A DNA stretch of 64,000 nucleotides. It comes from Geopsychrobacteraceae bacterium. Lineage in GTDB: Bacteria; Desulfobacterota; Desulfuromonadia; Desulfuromonadales; Geopsychrobacteraceae. A program made the position numbers and the translations under genes. Below the pieces are notes generated by a model. It had not been told where the DNA came from, searched no databases, and saw nothing but the letters and a program-made list of their open reading frames with translations. Position 1 is the stretch's first letter; each line of letters opens with the position of its first letter. This document shows positions 10,852-19,157 of this stretch, in pieces. The stretch is taken from the NCBI GenBank assembly GCA_963662315.1, contig OY759353.1:960001-1024000 (forward strand), written 5' to 3'.

Positions 10852-11277
10852 ATGCCTAAGAATTTCATTGTAGCATTTTCACTGTTTATCCTCCTATCAT
10901 TGATCGCATCTACGTCTTTTGCGGGGACAAAAGATGATGAAATTGCGATTGAAGCGGCAACATCCTTTCTACATCTTCTTGATTCTGGACAGGTCGAAGA
11001 AGCATTTCTTGCCACATCAAAATTGCATCAAAATAGTGGTCGTAAAATGTGGTGGATTGCCGAAAATAAAAACCAAAGGCATTACTACGGTTCACTTACC
11101 AACAGGACAATTAAAAGTACACAGACTAAGAGTACGTTACCTCATCTCCCAGATGGTGAGTATTTTGTCATAACTTACAATTCATCTTTCGAGCATAAAA
11201 AGGAAACCTTGGAAAGAGTTGAAGTTGTAAAAGAATCTGAAAATATATGGAAGGTTACCGAATATTACTGTCATTAA
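10852..11277 (+). CDS. Secreted DUF4019-like protein
   Basis: Signal peptide, then FLHLLDSG, LPDGEYFVITYNSSFEHKKETLE and WKVTEY. AT-rich relative to its neighbours. Confidence 0.75.
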   Translation: MPKNFIVAFSLFILLSLIASTSFAGTKDDEIAIEAATSFLHLLDSGQVEEAFLATSKLHQNSGRKMWWIAENKNQRHYYGSLTNRTIKSTQTKSTLPHLPDGEYFVITYNSSFEHKKETLERVEVVKESENIWKVTEYYCH

Positions 11278-11496
11278 TTTGCTACCCCATGCAACCGGAC
11301 GAACCAAGGCTGGGCACACTTTTACAAAGCTCAAATGCTCTTATAGGCATACGGGATCGATAGTCGAAAGCGAAAATGATCAACCCTATTCTAAAGAATG
11401 GTCATCTACCAGCCTTCGAGATCTTGAGCATAAAAGGAAATATGCCGGAATAAATAGTCTACTTGCTCGCATGCGACCTTCGTGTCCCATATGTGG

Positions 11497-11605
11497 GGTG
11501 TGGGGCTCCCCCAGCCCCCACACCACCCGGCATGGGGGTCGTCACCCAAACGGTTCGATGAAACTACCGGGTCATAGCCGGGTAATGTCGCTTCACCCGA
11601 TATCT
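11497..11605 (-). mobile_element. Remnant 3' end of a class C group II intron (IEP C-terminus, domain V, partial domain VI)
   Basis: The minus strand encodes ...VKRHYPAMTR*, followed by TCGAACCG...CATGCCGGGTGGTGTGGGGGCTGGGGG. This resembles the HYPATAR* C-terminus and DV/DVI of IIC-attC introns. Confidence 0.7.
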
Positions 11606-11730
11606 ACCGCAACAGCACCTGCCGCACCAATCAGCTCCCTCATTTTTCGGCAAAAAAGCCACTTGCCATCCCCCAGGAAGGCACTACTCTTTAATGAGTG
11701 AGTTGTTTTTCCCTAGAACAGGAGAAGATT

Positions 11731-12930
11731 ATGACGGCATATAAAGGAACGATTGGAATTCTGACTGGCGGTGGTGATGTCCCAGGATTGAATCCGGCGA
11801 TCAGGGCGATTACGGTGCGGGCATTGCGCGAGGGGTTCAAGGTCATTGGTATTCGGCGCGGCTGGGCCGGGCTGGTGGATATGATTCCTGATCCGCAGGT
11901 GGACAACAGTAATAATTATCGCGTGCTGAGCGAAGACCTGGTCAACCGCGCCGGACGGACCGGCGGCACTTTTCTGCATACCTCCCGGACCCGGCCGAGC
12001 CACTTGCCGCTGAGCAACCTGCCTCCCCATCTGCGTGACAAATATCAGGACGATGTTAATGATGTGACAGCAGATGTGCTGAAGAATATTGAATTTCTCG
12101 GCATTGATACGCTGATTCCCATCGGCGGCGACGATACCCTCAGTTATGGGCTCCGACTGCATCAGGAAGGGGTGAAGGTGGTCGCTATTCCTAAAACAAT
12201 GGACAACGATGTCCCCGGCACCGACTACTGCATCGGTTTTTCCACGTGTGTCACCCGCACCATAGAAATGACCCACAGTTTGCGCACCTGCGCCGGTTCC
12301 CATGAACGGTTCCTGGTGCTGGAGGTGTTTGGCCGTTATGCCGGCTTCTCGGCGTTGTTACCGGCCATGGCCGGGGCGTCGGATCGCTGTATTATCCCCG
12401 AGCATCCGTTTGCCATCGAGAAGCTGGTAGAGCTCCTCAGTCAGGATCGGCATAAACATCCGAGTAACTACTCTGTCGTGCTGATTTCCGAGGGCGCGAC
12501 CATGCTGCATCAGAACAATATGTCCTTTGAAGGGGATGAACAGGATCAGTACGGGCATAAAAAGCTTGGTGGGATCGGTGATCAGGTGGCCCGTGAATTA
12601 AAAGAGTTGTCACCGCAGTTCAATGACGGGCGGCGGGTGAATGTTGTGAATCAGCGGCTTGGTTACCTGGTTCGTGGCGGCGACCCCGATGCCATCGATT
12701 CCATCGTGCCCATGGCGTTCGGCAACCTGGCTCTGGACCTGGTGCTGCAGGGAATTTCCGGACGTTTGGTCAGCCTGCGCAACGGCTGCTACGACAATGT
12801 GCCCATTGACGTGGTCACCGGGCGCAAGAAAATCGTCGATATCCACAAATATTACAATGCTGAACGCCTGCGCCCCCGGTACGAATCCTTTTCCCGGCAA
12901 CCGCTATTCATTATGACCAGTGACCTTTAG
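11731..12930 (+). CDS. pfkA: 6-phosphofructokinase, probably PPi-dependent
   Basis: Motifs LTGGGD, GGDDT, PKTMDND and EVFGRYAG. Asp and Lys occupy the phosphoryl-donor specificity positions. Confidence 0.9.
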   Translation: MTAYKGTIGILTGGGDVPGLNPAIRAITVRALREGFKVIGIRRGWAGLVDMIPDPQVDNSNNYRVLSEDLVNRAGRTGGTFLHTSRTRPSHLPLSNLPPHLRDKYQDDVNDVTADVLKNIEFLGIDTLIPIGGDDTLSYGLRLHQEGVKVVAIPKTMDNDVPGTDYCIGFSTCVTRTIEMTHSLRTCAGSHERFLVLEVFGRYAGFSALLPAMAGASDRCIIPEHPFAIEKLVELLSQDRHKHPSNYSVVLISEGATMLHQNNMSFEGDEQDQYGHKKLGGIGDQVARELKELSPQFNDGRRVNVVNQRLGYLVRGGDPDAIDSIVPMAFGNLALDLVLQGISGRLVSLRNGCYDNVPIDVVTGRKKIVDIHKYYNAERLRPRYESFSRQPLFIMTSDL

Positions 12931-13014
12931 CGATATTGCGGATTTATTTGGGGCAGACCCGGTTGATCTTTCATCCGCGGCTCTGCCCCAGACCTGATTT
13001 CTCCGGTAGGAAAA

Positions 13015-13308
13015 TTAAATGCCGTAGTCGCGTCGCGCTAAACCTTGGCGACCCGAACCCGAAAAGCGGAGTACCATTAACTTTTGCCCAGACTTTGCGC
13101 CAATTGGTGCTCTGCCTTTTGTTTCCAGGCGCTAGTCGCATCCGGACTTTCCCAGTAAGAAACGGTGATACCCAAACCCTCTCTGGCCGATTCTACACCC
13201 AGAAACCCCGGCTGTTTTGCTGCCAACGCCATCATCGCCATCTGTTCGGTGGCTGCTGAAAATGACAGCGTAATAGGATGGTTTTGGTGTCTCGGCAATA
13301 TCTGACAT
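13015..13308 (-). pseudogene. Antibiotic biosynthesis monooxygenase (ABM) family pseudogene
   Basis: YYAVIFSS lies in one frame and QPGFLGVESAR..GITVSYWES in another. It carries in-frame stops and a GCGAC duplication near the 3' end. Confidence 0.8.
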
Positions 13309-13334
13309 AGTCTCCTCTTTTGACGATCCAATTC

Positions 13335-13478
13335 CTTGTGCAGCTCCGCTGCCGGACAATTTAAAAAATCTACGTTGCAACATCATGAATAATCAGACGA
13401 TCGCGGTTCTTGGAGAAGGTTGAGTGATCCCAAACCTTTGTCATCCATGGATAAACCGACAAACCAGCGAAACAGCAG
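13335..13478 (-). mobile_element. Degenerate IS5/IS1182-like transposase fragment
   Basis: The minus strand translates as LLFRWFVGLSMDDK, then after a frameshift VWDHSTFSKNRDRL. Confidence 0.75.
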
Positions 13479-13653
13479 CTCGGGCTGAATCGAAGACCAA
13501 CTGGTGTAAGAATACATCCAACAGTCCCTTATGCCAGAAAAATAACCCTATATATTTGACTCTTCTTGATTTGTTTGGTTGCAGTGCTCCAGAAAAAGAA
13601 CCTTGGGTCGAGATTTTTAAAACCAAATTATGCAGACACTCCACTTTTACTTT

Positions 13654-13701
13654 GACGCATATATTGTGGCGTGATATTTAAGTCACCACAACATAATGAT
13701 A
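13654..13701 (+). promoter_or_regulatory. Tandem NrdR boxes overlapping the nrdD promoter
   Basis: GACGCATATATTGTGG (13654-13669) and CCACAACATAATGATA (13686-13701) start 32 bp apart and resemble acaCwAtATaTwGtg. A TTGACG -35 lies at 13652. Confidence 0.65.
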
Positions 13702-13880
13702 ATCGGTTTTCCAAAAGAGGAATTTTCCATCCCCTTGGTATTGAGGATGGGATAAGGGAAGAGGGGTGTGAATCCCCCGCGGACCCGCCGCTGTGAGCGA
13801 TGACGAAGGACGTATACCACTGGTGTAAACCGGGAAGGTGTCCGGAGGATGACGCGTGAGCCAGAAGACCTGCCGATTAT
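13699..13880 (+). ncRNA. Cobalamin (B12) riboswitch
   Basis: P1 is ATAATCGG/CCGATTAT. Core motifs are AAGGGAA..GGTGTGAATCC, CCCGCCGCTGTGA, CCACTGG..CCGGGAAGG and the B12 box GAGCCAGAAGACCTGCC. Confidence 0.95.
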
Positions 13881-13954
13881 TTTTCACCGTTGAGGGTTCC
13901 CCGGGTTTGGGAGCCGGTTAGCAATAGCATTATTGGACCTGATAAATACGGGAG

Positions 13955-13995
13955 GTCCGTATGCCTTAGCGACATTTTGGCATGCGGGCTTTTTT
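13955..13995 (+). terminator. Intrinsic terminator in the riboswitch expression platform
   Basis: Stem GTCCGTATGCC/GGCATGCGGGC followed by TTTTTT. A competing GGACCT...AGGTCC hairpin lies upstream. Confidence 0.7.
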
Positions 13996-14030
13996 ATTGC
14001 CCGCAGTAACATCATTTTTAAGGGGACATA

Positions 14031-16055
14031 ATGCCACACACTCAGGCTAGTACAAATCTGGCTCACGTTATAAAACGCGATGGAAGACAAGCACCATTCG
14101 ACAGGGAACGGATTTTTTCAGCGATATTGCGAGCCGGTAAAACCACGACCGAGTTTGATGCCAACGAAGCCACCCTGCTGACCCAGCAGGTTCTCAAGGT
14201 GCTTCAGCACCGCTTCCCAAAAGCTCCGCCGCAGGTAGAACAAATTCAGGATGTGGTCGAGCAGGTGCTGATCTCTGCCAATCATTTTGCCACCCTGCGA
14301 GCCTATGCGGTCTATCGTGAGCAACACCAGAAACTTCGCCAGGACAGGAAAACCGTCGTTGATGTCGCAGCGTCAGTCAATGAATACCTTGAACAATCCG
14401 ACTGGCGGGTTAATGCCAACGCTAACCAAGGCTATTCCCTGGGAGGCCTGATTCTTAATATTTCCGGCAAAGTAACAGCCAACTACTGGCTTAATCATGT
14501 CTACGCACCCGAGGTCGGAACAGCCCACCGGGATGGCAGTCTGCATATCCATGATCTCGACATGCTCTCCGGTTATTGCGCCGGATGGTCCCTGCGGATG
14601 TTGCTGCAGGAAGGCTTTAACGGTGTCCCGGACAAAGTTGAAGCCGCACCTCCACGCCATCTTTCCAGCGTCATCGGTCAGATCGTCAACTTCCTCGGCA
14701 CCCTGCAGAACGAGTGGGCCGGTGCCCAGGCCTTCAGCTCCTTTGACACCTACCTGGCTCCTTTTGTTCGAATCGACAAGCTGAACTATGAACAGGTTAA
14801 GCAACAATTGCAGGAACTGATTTTCAACCTCAATGTACCATCCCGGTGGGGAACCCAGACCCCCTTTACCAACCTGACCTTTGACTGGACCTGCCCTGAG
14901 GACCTGAAACAGCAGGTTCCCGTCATTGCAGGTGAAGAAATGTCTTTCTGCTACGGTGATCTACAAGCAGAAATGGATCTGATAAACCGCGCCTACATAG
15001 AAGTTATGACCGAAGGCGATGACAAAGGCAGGGTGTTTACCTTCCCCATCCCGACCTACAACATGACTCCGGAATTCCCTTGGGAGAGCGATAATGCAAA
15101 ACGCCTGTTCAGCATGACCGCCAAATACGGTCTCCCCTATTTCCAGAATTTTCTCAATTCAGAACTGCAACCCAACATGGTCCGTTCTATGTGCTGTCGT
15201 CTGCAGCTTGACCTGCGCGAACTGCTCAAGCGTGGCAACGGACTGTTTGGCTCTGCAGAACAGACCGGGTCCATCGGCGTCGTCACCATCAACTGCGCGC
15301 GTCTTGGCTATCAATATGCCGGAAACAAAGAAGGACTCTTTGCCCGGCTTGATGAGCTGCTGGAACTGTCACGGACCAGCCTGGAAGTCAAACGCAAAAC
15401 CATCCAGAGGCAAATGGACCAGGGCTTGTTTCCCTATACCCGGCGCTACCTCGGCACGTTGCGCAACCATTTTTCCACAATCGGCGTCAACGGTATCAAT
15501 GAAATGGTCCGCAATTTCACTGGCGACAGAGACACTATAACCAGCGCGGCAGGTCAAGCCTTTGCCATCGAATTCATGGATTACGTGCGTGCCAGGATGG
15601 TCGAATTTCAGGAACAGACCGGCCACATGTATAACCTCGAAGCCACACCGGCTGAAGGGACAACCTACCGCCTTGCCCGCGAGGACAGAAAACGTTTCCC
15701 CGGCATTATCCAGGCCGGTACCGCTGAGGCTCCCTATTACACCAACTCGTCACAACTGCCTGTCGGTTTTACCAACGATCCCTTTCAAGCTCTCGACCTG
15801 CAGGAAACCCTGCAGCGGAAATATACCGGCGGCACGGTTTTTCACCTGTATATGGGGGAAGCTATCGGCAGTCCGGAGGCATGTCAGAAATTGGTAAAAC
15901 GGATTCTGGAAAACTACCGGATTCCCTACCTGACCATTACTCCAACCTTTTCCATCTGTCCGGTTCATGGCTATCTCAGCGGCGAACATCCCTTTTGTCC
16001 ACTGTGCGATCAAGAACTGGAACAGCAACTTAAAAAAGAAAGGAATGTCGCATGA
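14031..16055 (+). CDS. nrdD: Anaerobic (class III) ribonucleotide reductase, large part with ATP cone; lacks the glycyl-radical C-terminus
   Basis: ATP cone VIKRDG, then HIHDL, YCAGW, SMCCRL, EATPAEG, YYTNS and the Zn site CPVHGY..CPLC. Confidence 0.93.
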   Translation: MPHTQASTNLAHVIKRDGRQAPFDRERIFSAILRAGKTTTEFDANEATLLTQQVLKVLQHRFPKAPPQVEQIQDVVEQVLISANHFATLRAYAVYREQHQKLRQDRKTVVDVAASVNEYLEQSDWRVNANANQGYSLGGLILNISGKVTANYWLNHVYAPEVGTAHRDGSLHIHDLDMLSGYCAGWSLRMLLQEGFNGVPDKVEAAPPRHLSSVIGQIVNFLGTLQNEWAGAQAFSSFDTYLAPFVRIDKLNYEQVKQQLQELIFNLNVPSRWGTQTPFTNLTFDWTCPEDLKQQVPVIAGEEMSFCYGDLQAEMDLINRAYIEVMTEGDDKGRVFTFPIPTYNMTPEFPWESDNAKRLFSMTAKYGLPYFQNFLNSELQPNMVRSMCCRLQLDLRELLKRGNGLFGSAEQTGSIGVVTINCARLGYQYAGNKEGLFARLDELLELSRTSLEVKRKTIQRQMDQGLFPYTRRYLGTLRNHFSTIGVNGINEMVRNFTGDRDTITSAAGQAFAIEFMDYVRARMVEFQEQTGHMYNLEATPAEGTTYRLAREDRKRFPGIIQAGTAEAPYYTNSSQLPVGFTNDPFQALDLQETLQRKYTGGTVFHLYMGEAIGSPEACQKLVKRILENYRIPYLTITPTFSICPVHGYLSGEHPFCPLCDQELEQQLKKERNVA

Positions 16056-16222
16056 ACAAGAATCAAACCACAACGACCGAACTTCCCGAAGAAAAACGCC
16101 AGGCATGCGAAGTCTGGACCCGCGTTATGGGCTACCATCGTCCGGTCTCTTCGTTTAACACCGGTAAAAAAGCAGAACATGCCGAGCGACAGTTCTTCCG
16201 GGAAGCGGACCGGATCGATTAA
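16052..16222 (+). CDS. Stand-alone NrdD glycyl-radical peptide (56 aa)
   Basis: Hand translation gives ...CEVWTRVMGYHRPVSSFNTGKKAEHAER.... ATGA overlap with nrdD and an AAGGA RBS. Confidence 0.88.
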   Translation: MNKNQTTTTELPEEKRQACEVWTRVMGYHRPVSSFNTGKKAEHAERQFFREADRID

Positions 16223-16225
16223 GCG

Positions 16226-16801
16226 ATGATCCGGATCGGAGGACTGCTCCCCTTTACCACCATTGACTACCCCGGCAGCCTGGCAACAGTGATTTTTTGC
16301 CAGGGCTGCCCGTGGCGTTGTCACTACTGTCACAACCGGCACTTGCTACCAGATACGCACGATAACCTGATTGACTGGAGTGACATCATCACCTTCCTTG
16401 AAAAGCGTTGCGGCCTGCTCGATGCCGTTGTTTTCAGTGGCGGAGAACCAACATTACAGTTAGAGCTCCCCGCTGCCATGGAGCACATCCGGAATATGGG
16501 CTTTAAAATCGGCCTGCACACCGGCGGGCCAGACCCGGACAGGTTACAGGACTGCCTGCCCCTGCTTGACTGGGTGGGAATGGACATCAAAGCCCCTTTT
16601 GCAGAGTATGAGCAGATCACTGGAGTTCCAGGTAGCGGAAAAGCCGCGAAACTGAGTGCTCAAAGACTCCGAGAGAGCGGTGTTGCCCATCAATTCCGCA
16701 CTACCCTCGATCCGTTTTTAAGCGAGAAAGGCCGGATTGAGGCCATGAGCATCATGGTCAACCAGTGGGGTGAAGAATTGGTGCTGCAGCCCCAATCATA
16801 A
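16226..16801 (+). CDS. nrdG: Anaerobic RNR activating radical-SAM enzyme
   Basis: Motifs CPWRCHYCHN and SGGEP. Confidence 0.92.
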   Translation: MIRIGGLLPFTTIDYPGSLATVIFCQGCPWRCHYCHNRHLLPDTHDNLIDWSDIITFLEKRCGLLDAVVFSGGEPTLQLELPAAMEHIRNMGFKIGLHTGGPDPDRLQDCLPLLDWVGMDIKAPFAEYEQITGVPGSGKAAKLSAQRLRESGVAHQFRTTLDPFLSEKGRIEAMSIMVNQWGEELVLQPQS

Positions 16802-16827
16802 ACATTATGCAAGAATAGACAGTAGCT

Positions 16828-17469
16828 ATGCCCGTTTCTATTATTTCTACGATTCCCATTCAACTGCCCCGAGACATGATTATGACCCGGCTTGGCTACC
16901 GCAGTAGCAAAACGCTGTTGAACGGGCAGCAACATGAGCTGCTGGAGGAAACAATCGCTCTTGGGTTTTCCCTTTGCCAGCCGCGTGGTTGCTGGCTGCG
17001 CATCGCCATAAAAGAAAAACAGAACGAAGCAATCATCCTGCAGGATGGTTCAAAACTGGTCAGTTCCTCTTTGACCAGACTACTGCAGAACAGTCATGCG
17101 GTAGCCCTGCTAGCAGCGACCGTCGGTGCCGACATCGTCAGCGCAGCAACACAGGCCATTGCCAATGGCAATGGAGCCGCGGCCATTATTCTCGATGCTG
17201 TAGGGGGACAAAGTGCCGATGCAACCATGAGCTGGATCAATGAATATATCCGCGGTCAATTGAGCCGCCGCGGTGAACGCCTGACCGCCCACCGCTTTTC
17301 ACCAGGATATGGAGACTTTAGTCTTAATAATCAGAAGCTTATGTTCTCATTGCTTAAGCTGGAGCAGCTCGACTTATCACTAACTTCACGCGCCATGCTA
17401 CTTCCCGAAAAATCGGTTACCGCTGTAGCCGGTATTGAACCGGCTCTTCCCGCAGGACAAACGCAATGA
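16828..17469 (+). CDS. Stand-alone methionine synthase B12 reactivation (AdoMet-binding) domain
   Basis: Motifs LAATVG, RFSPGYGD and LLPEKSVTA. Confidence 0.88.
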   Translation: MPVSIISTIPIQLPRDMIMTRLGYRSSKTLLNGQQHELLEETIALGFSLCQPRGCWLRIAIKEKQNEAIILQDGSKLVSSSLTRLLQNSHAVALLAATVGADIVSAATQAIANGNGAAAIILDAVGGQSADATMSWINEYIRGQLSRRGERLTAHRFSPGYGDFSLNNQKLMFSLLKLEQLDLSLTSRAMLLPEKSVTAVAGIEPALPAGQTQ

Positions 17470-19157
17470 ATCGCCAGTTTTTTAACCGTCTGAGCACATC
17501 AACCCCCTTGGCAATAGCCATGCCGGTTGCGGTATCTGCTGTCTCCGGGGAATGCCCCGAGAGCAAACTGCTTGAACACTTTGCCCCGACCAGCGCGGTC
17601 CTGACGGAGTTTAAAGCCGCTGGTTGTACTATTGTCAGTTGCCCTTCTGCCGGTGCCAACCGCTTTAAGTTACAAGCTTACGGTCTCGCAGACCAGACCG
17701 CCCCACTCAACCGCGAACTGATGCAACGATGCCGGGCAACGCTGGGAGAACTCCCGGTCTTTGGTACTCTCGGAACCTTGGGTAAAGAGATAGAACCCTT
17801 TGGAGATCTTGATTTCGATCTCGCTGCAGCGGCCTTTAACGAACAGGGGCAAGCTCTTATTGCCGGAGGCGCAGAAGGCTTTATTGTTACCGGCATAACC
17901 CGGATTCAGGAAGCACGGGCAGCCATCATTGCCTTGCGTGAGCTTGGCAATCTGCCAGTGATCGTTGAACTGGTTATCAGCGATAAACAACCTGAACCCG
18001 GTGGTATTGATCCCCTCTCTGCCCTGATTATATTGCAAGCCCTTGGGGCCGACGCTATAGGCTTTACCGCCAGCGATGTCAGCGTCACCATGACCCGTGT
18101 TCTTTCCCAGGTAAAATGCGTTGCAAAAGTACCGTTGCTCACGTTTGCTGAACAACCATTGCGAGGCTCAGATTATCTGAAAACCTGTAACGCCCTGATC
18201 GCTGCCGGTGCGAACCTGATCGGTGTCCACCAGCATATTCCCGGCGACCAGCTTAGTGCCTTGATCAACGCCTTCCAGGCAATATCTCCACCAGCTGTTA
18301 CAGCCAAAACTGTCAGCACTATCTGCTCATGGAAGACAACTGTATTTCTGGGTCCGGACCACCCGTTTGCGGTGGTAGGTGAACGTATCAATCCGACCGG
18401 AAAAAAGGCACTTCAGGCCAGTCTGCGTGAAGGAGACCTGAGCCTGGTGCGACAATTAGCCAGGGAGCAAGAACTGCGCGGGGCAACAATCCTTGATGTC
18501 AACATGGGGCTTTCAGGTGTCGACGAAAAAGTCATGATGCTCAAAACCCTTGGAGTCCTTGCCAATCTGACCACGCTACCCCTGTGCATCGACACCACCA
18601 GGCCTGAAGTGATGGAGGCAGCACTGCGCCGCTACCCCGGCCGAGCTTTGGTCAACTCAGTATCCGGAGAACAGGAACGGCTTGATAAAACCCTCCCGGC
18701 AGCGGTCAAATACGGCGCTATGTTTATTGTTCTACCCCTGACCGATGCCGGTATCCCGGCCACTGCCCGGGAACGGATCGCGGTTATTGAAGCGATCATG
18801 GAAACCGCAGTCGGTTACGGCTGCAGCGTCGCCGATGTTGCTGTCGACGGCCTGGTCATGACTATCAGTTCTAACCCTGAAGCGGCCCGTGAGACTCTTG
18901 ACCTTATCGGCTGGTGTTCAGACACACTGCAGGTCAACACCATCGTCGGACTGTCCAATGTCTCCTTCGGCATGCCGGAACGACAATGGATCAATAGTGC
19001 CTTTCTCGGTATGGCCATGGGCCGCGGATTGACCATGGCCATAGCCAATCCGTCCTCAGCTCCGATCATGGCAACCGTGCAGTCGAGCAACGCCTTGTGG
19101 GGGCATGATGCGACCATGCTGTTGCACAGAGGAGCTTATAGCGGAGATAGCGTATGA
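17466..19157 (+). CDS. MetH-like protein with a degenerate homocysteine-methyltransferase domain and an intact pterin-binding domain
   Basis: The N-terminal half aligns with the next gene but lacks DGAxGT, GCNC and GGCC. The C-terminal half has GERINPTGKK, IDT, NS and GLSNVSFG. Confidence 0.85.
   Translation: MNRQFFNRLSTSTPLAIAMPVAVSAVSGECPESKLLEHFAPTSAVLTEFKAAGCTIVSCPSAGANRFKLQAYGLADQTAPLNRELMQRCRATLGELPVFGTLGTLGKEIEPFGDLDFDLAAAAFNEQGQALIAGGAEGFIVTGITRIQEARAAIIALRELGNLPVIVELVISDKQPEPGGIDPLSALIILQALGADAIGFTASDVSVTMTRVLSQVKCVAKVPLLTFAEQPLRGSDYLKTCNALIAAGANLIGVHQHIPGDQLSALINAFQAISPPAVTAKTVSTICSWKTTVFLGPDHPFAVVGERINPTGKKALQASLREGDLSLVRQLAREQELRGATILDVNMGLSGVDEKVMMLKTLGVLANLTTLPLCIDTTRPEVMEAALRRYPGRALVNSVSGEQERLDKTLPAAVKYGAMFIVLPLTDAGIPATARERIAVIEAIMETAVGYGCSVADVAVDGLVMTISSNPEAARETLDLIGWCSDTLQVNTIVGLSNVSFGMPERQWINSAFLGMAMGRGLTMAIANPSSAPIMATVQSSNALWGHDATMLLHRGAYSGDSV

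Noticed and set aside
11279..11701. 140-aa ORF from the ORF track
   Set aside because: TTG start without an RBS, no recognisable motif, and it overlaps the antisense of the intron relic.
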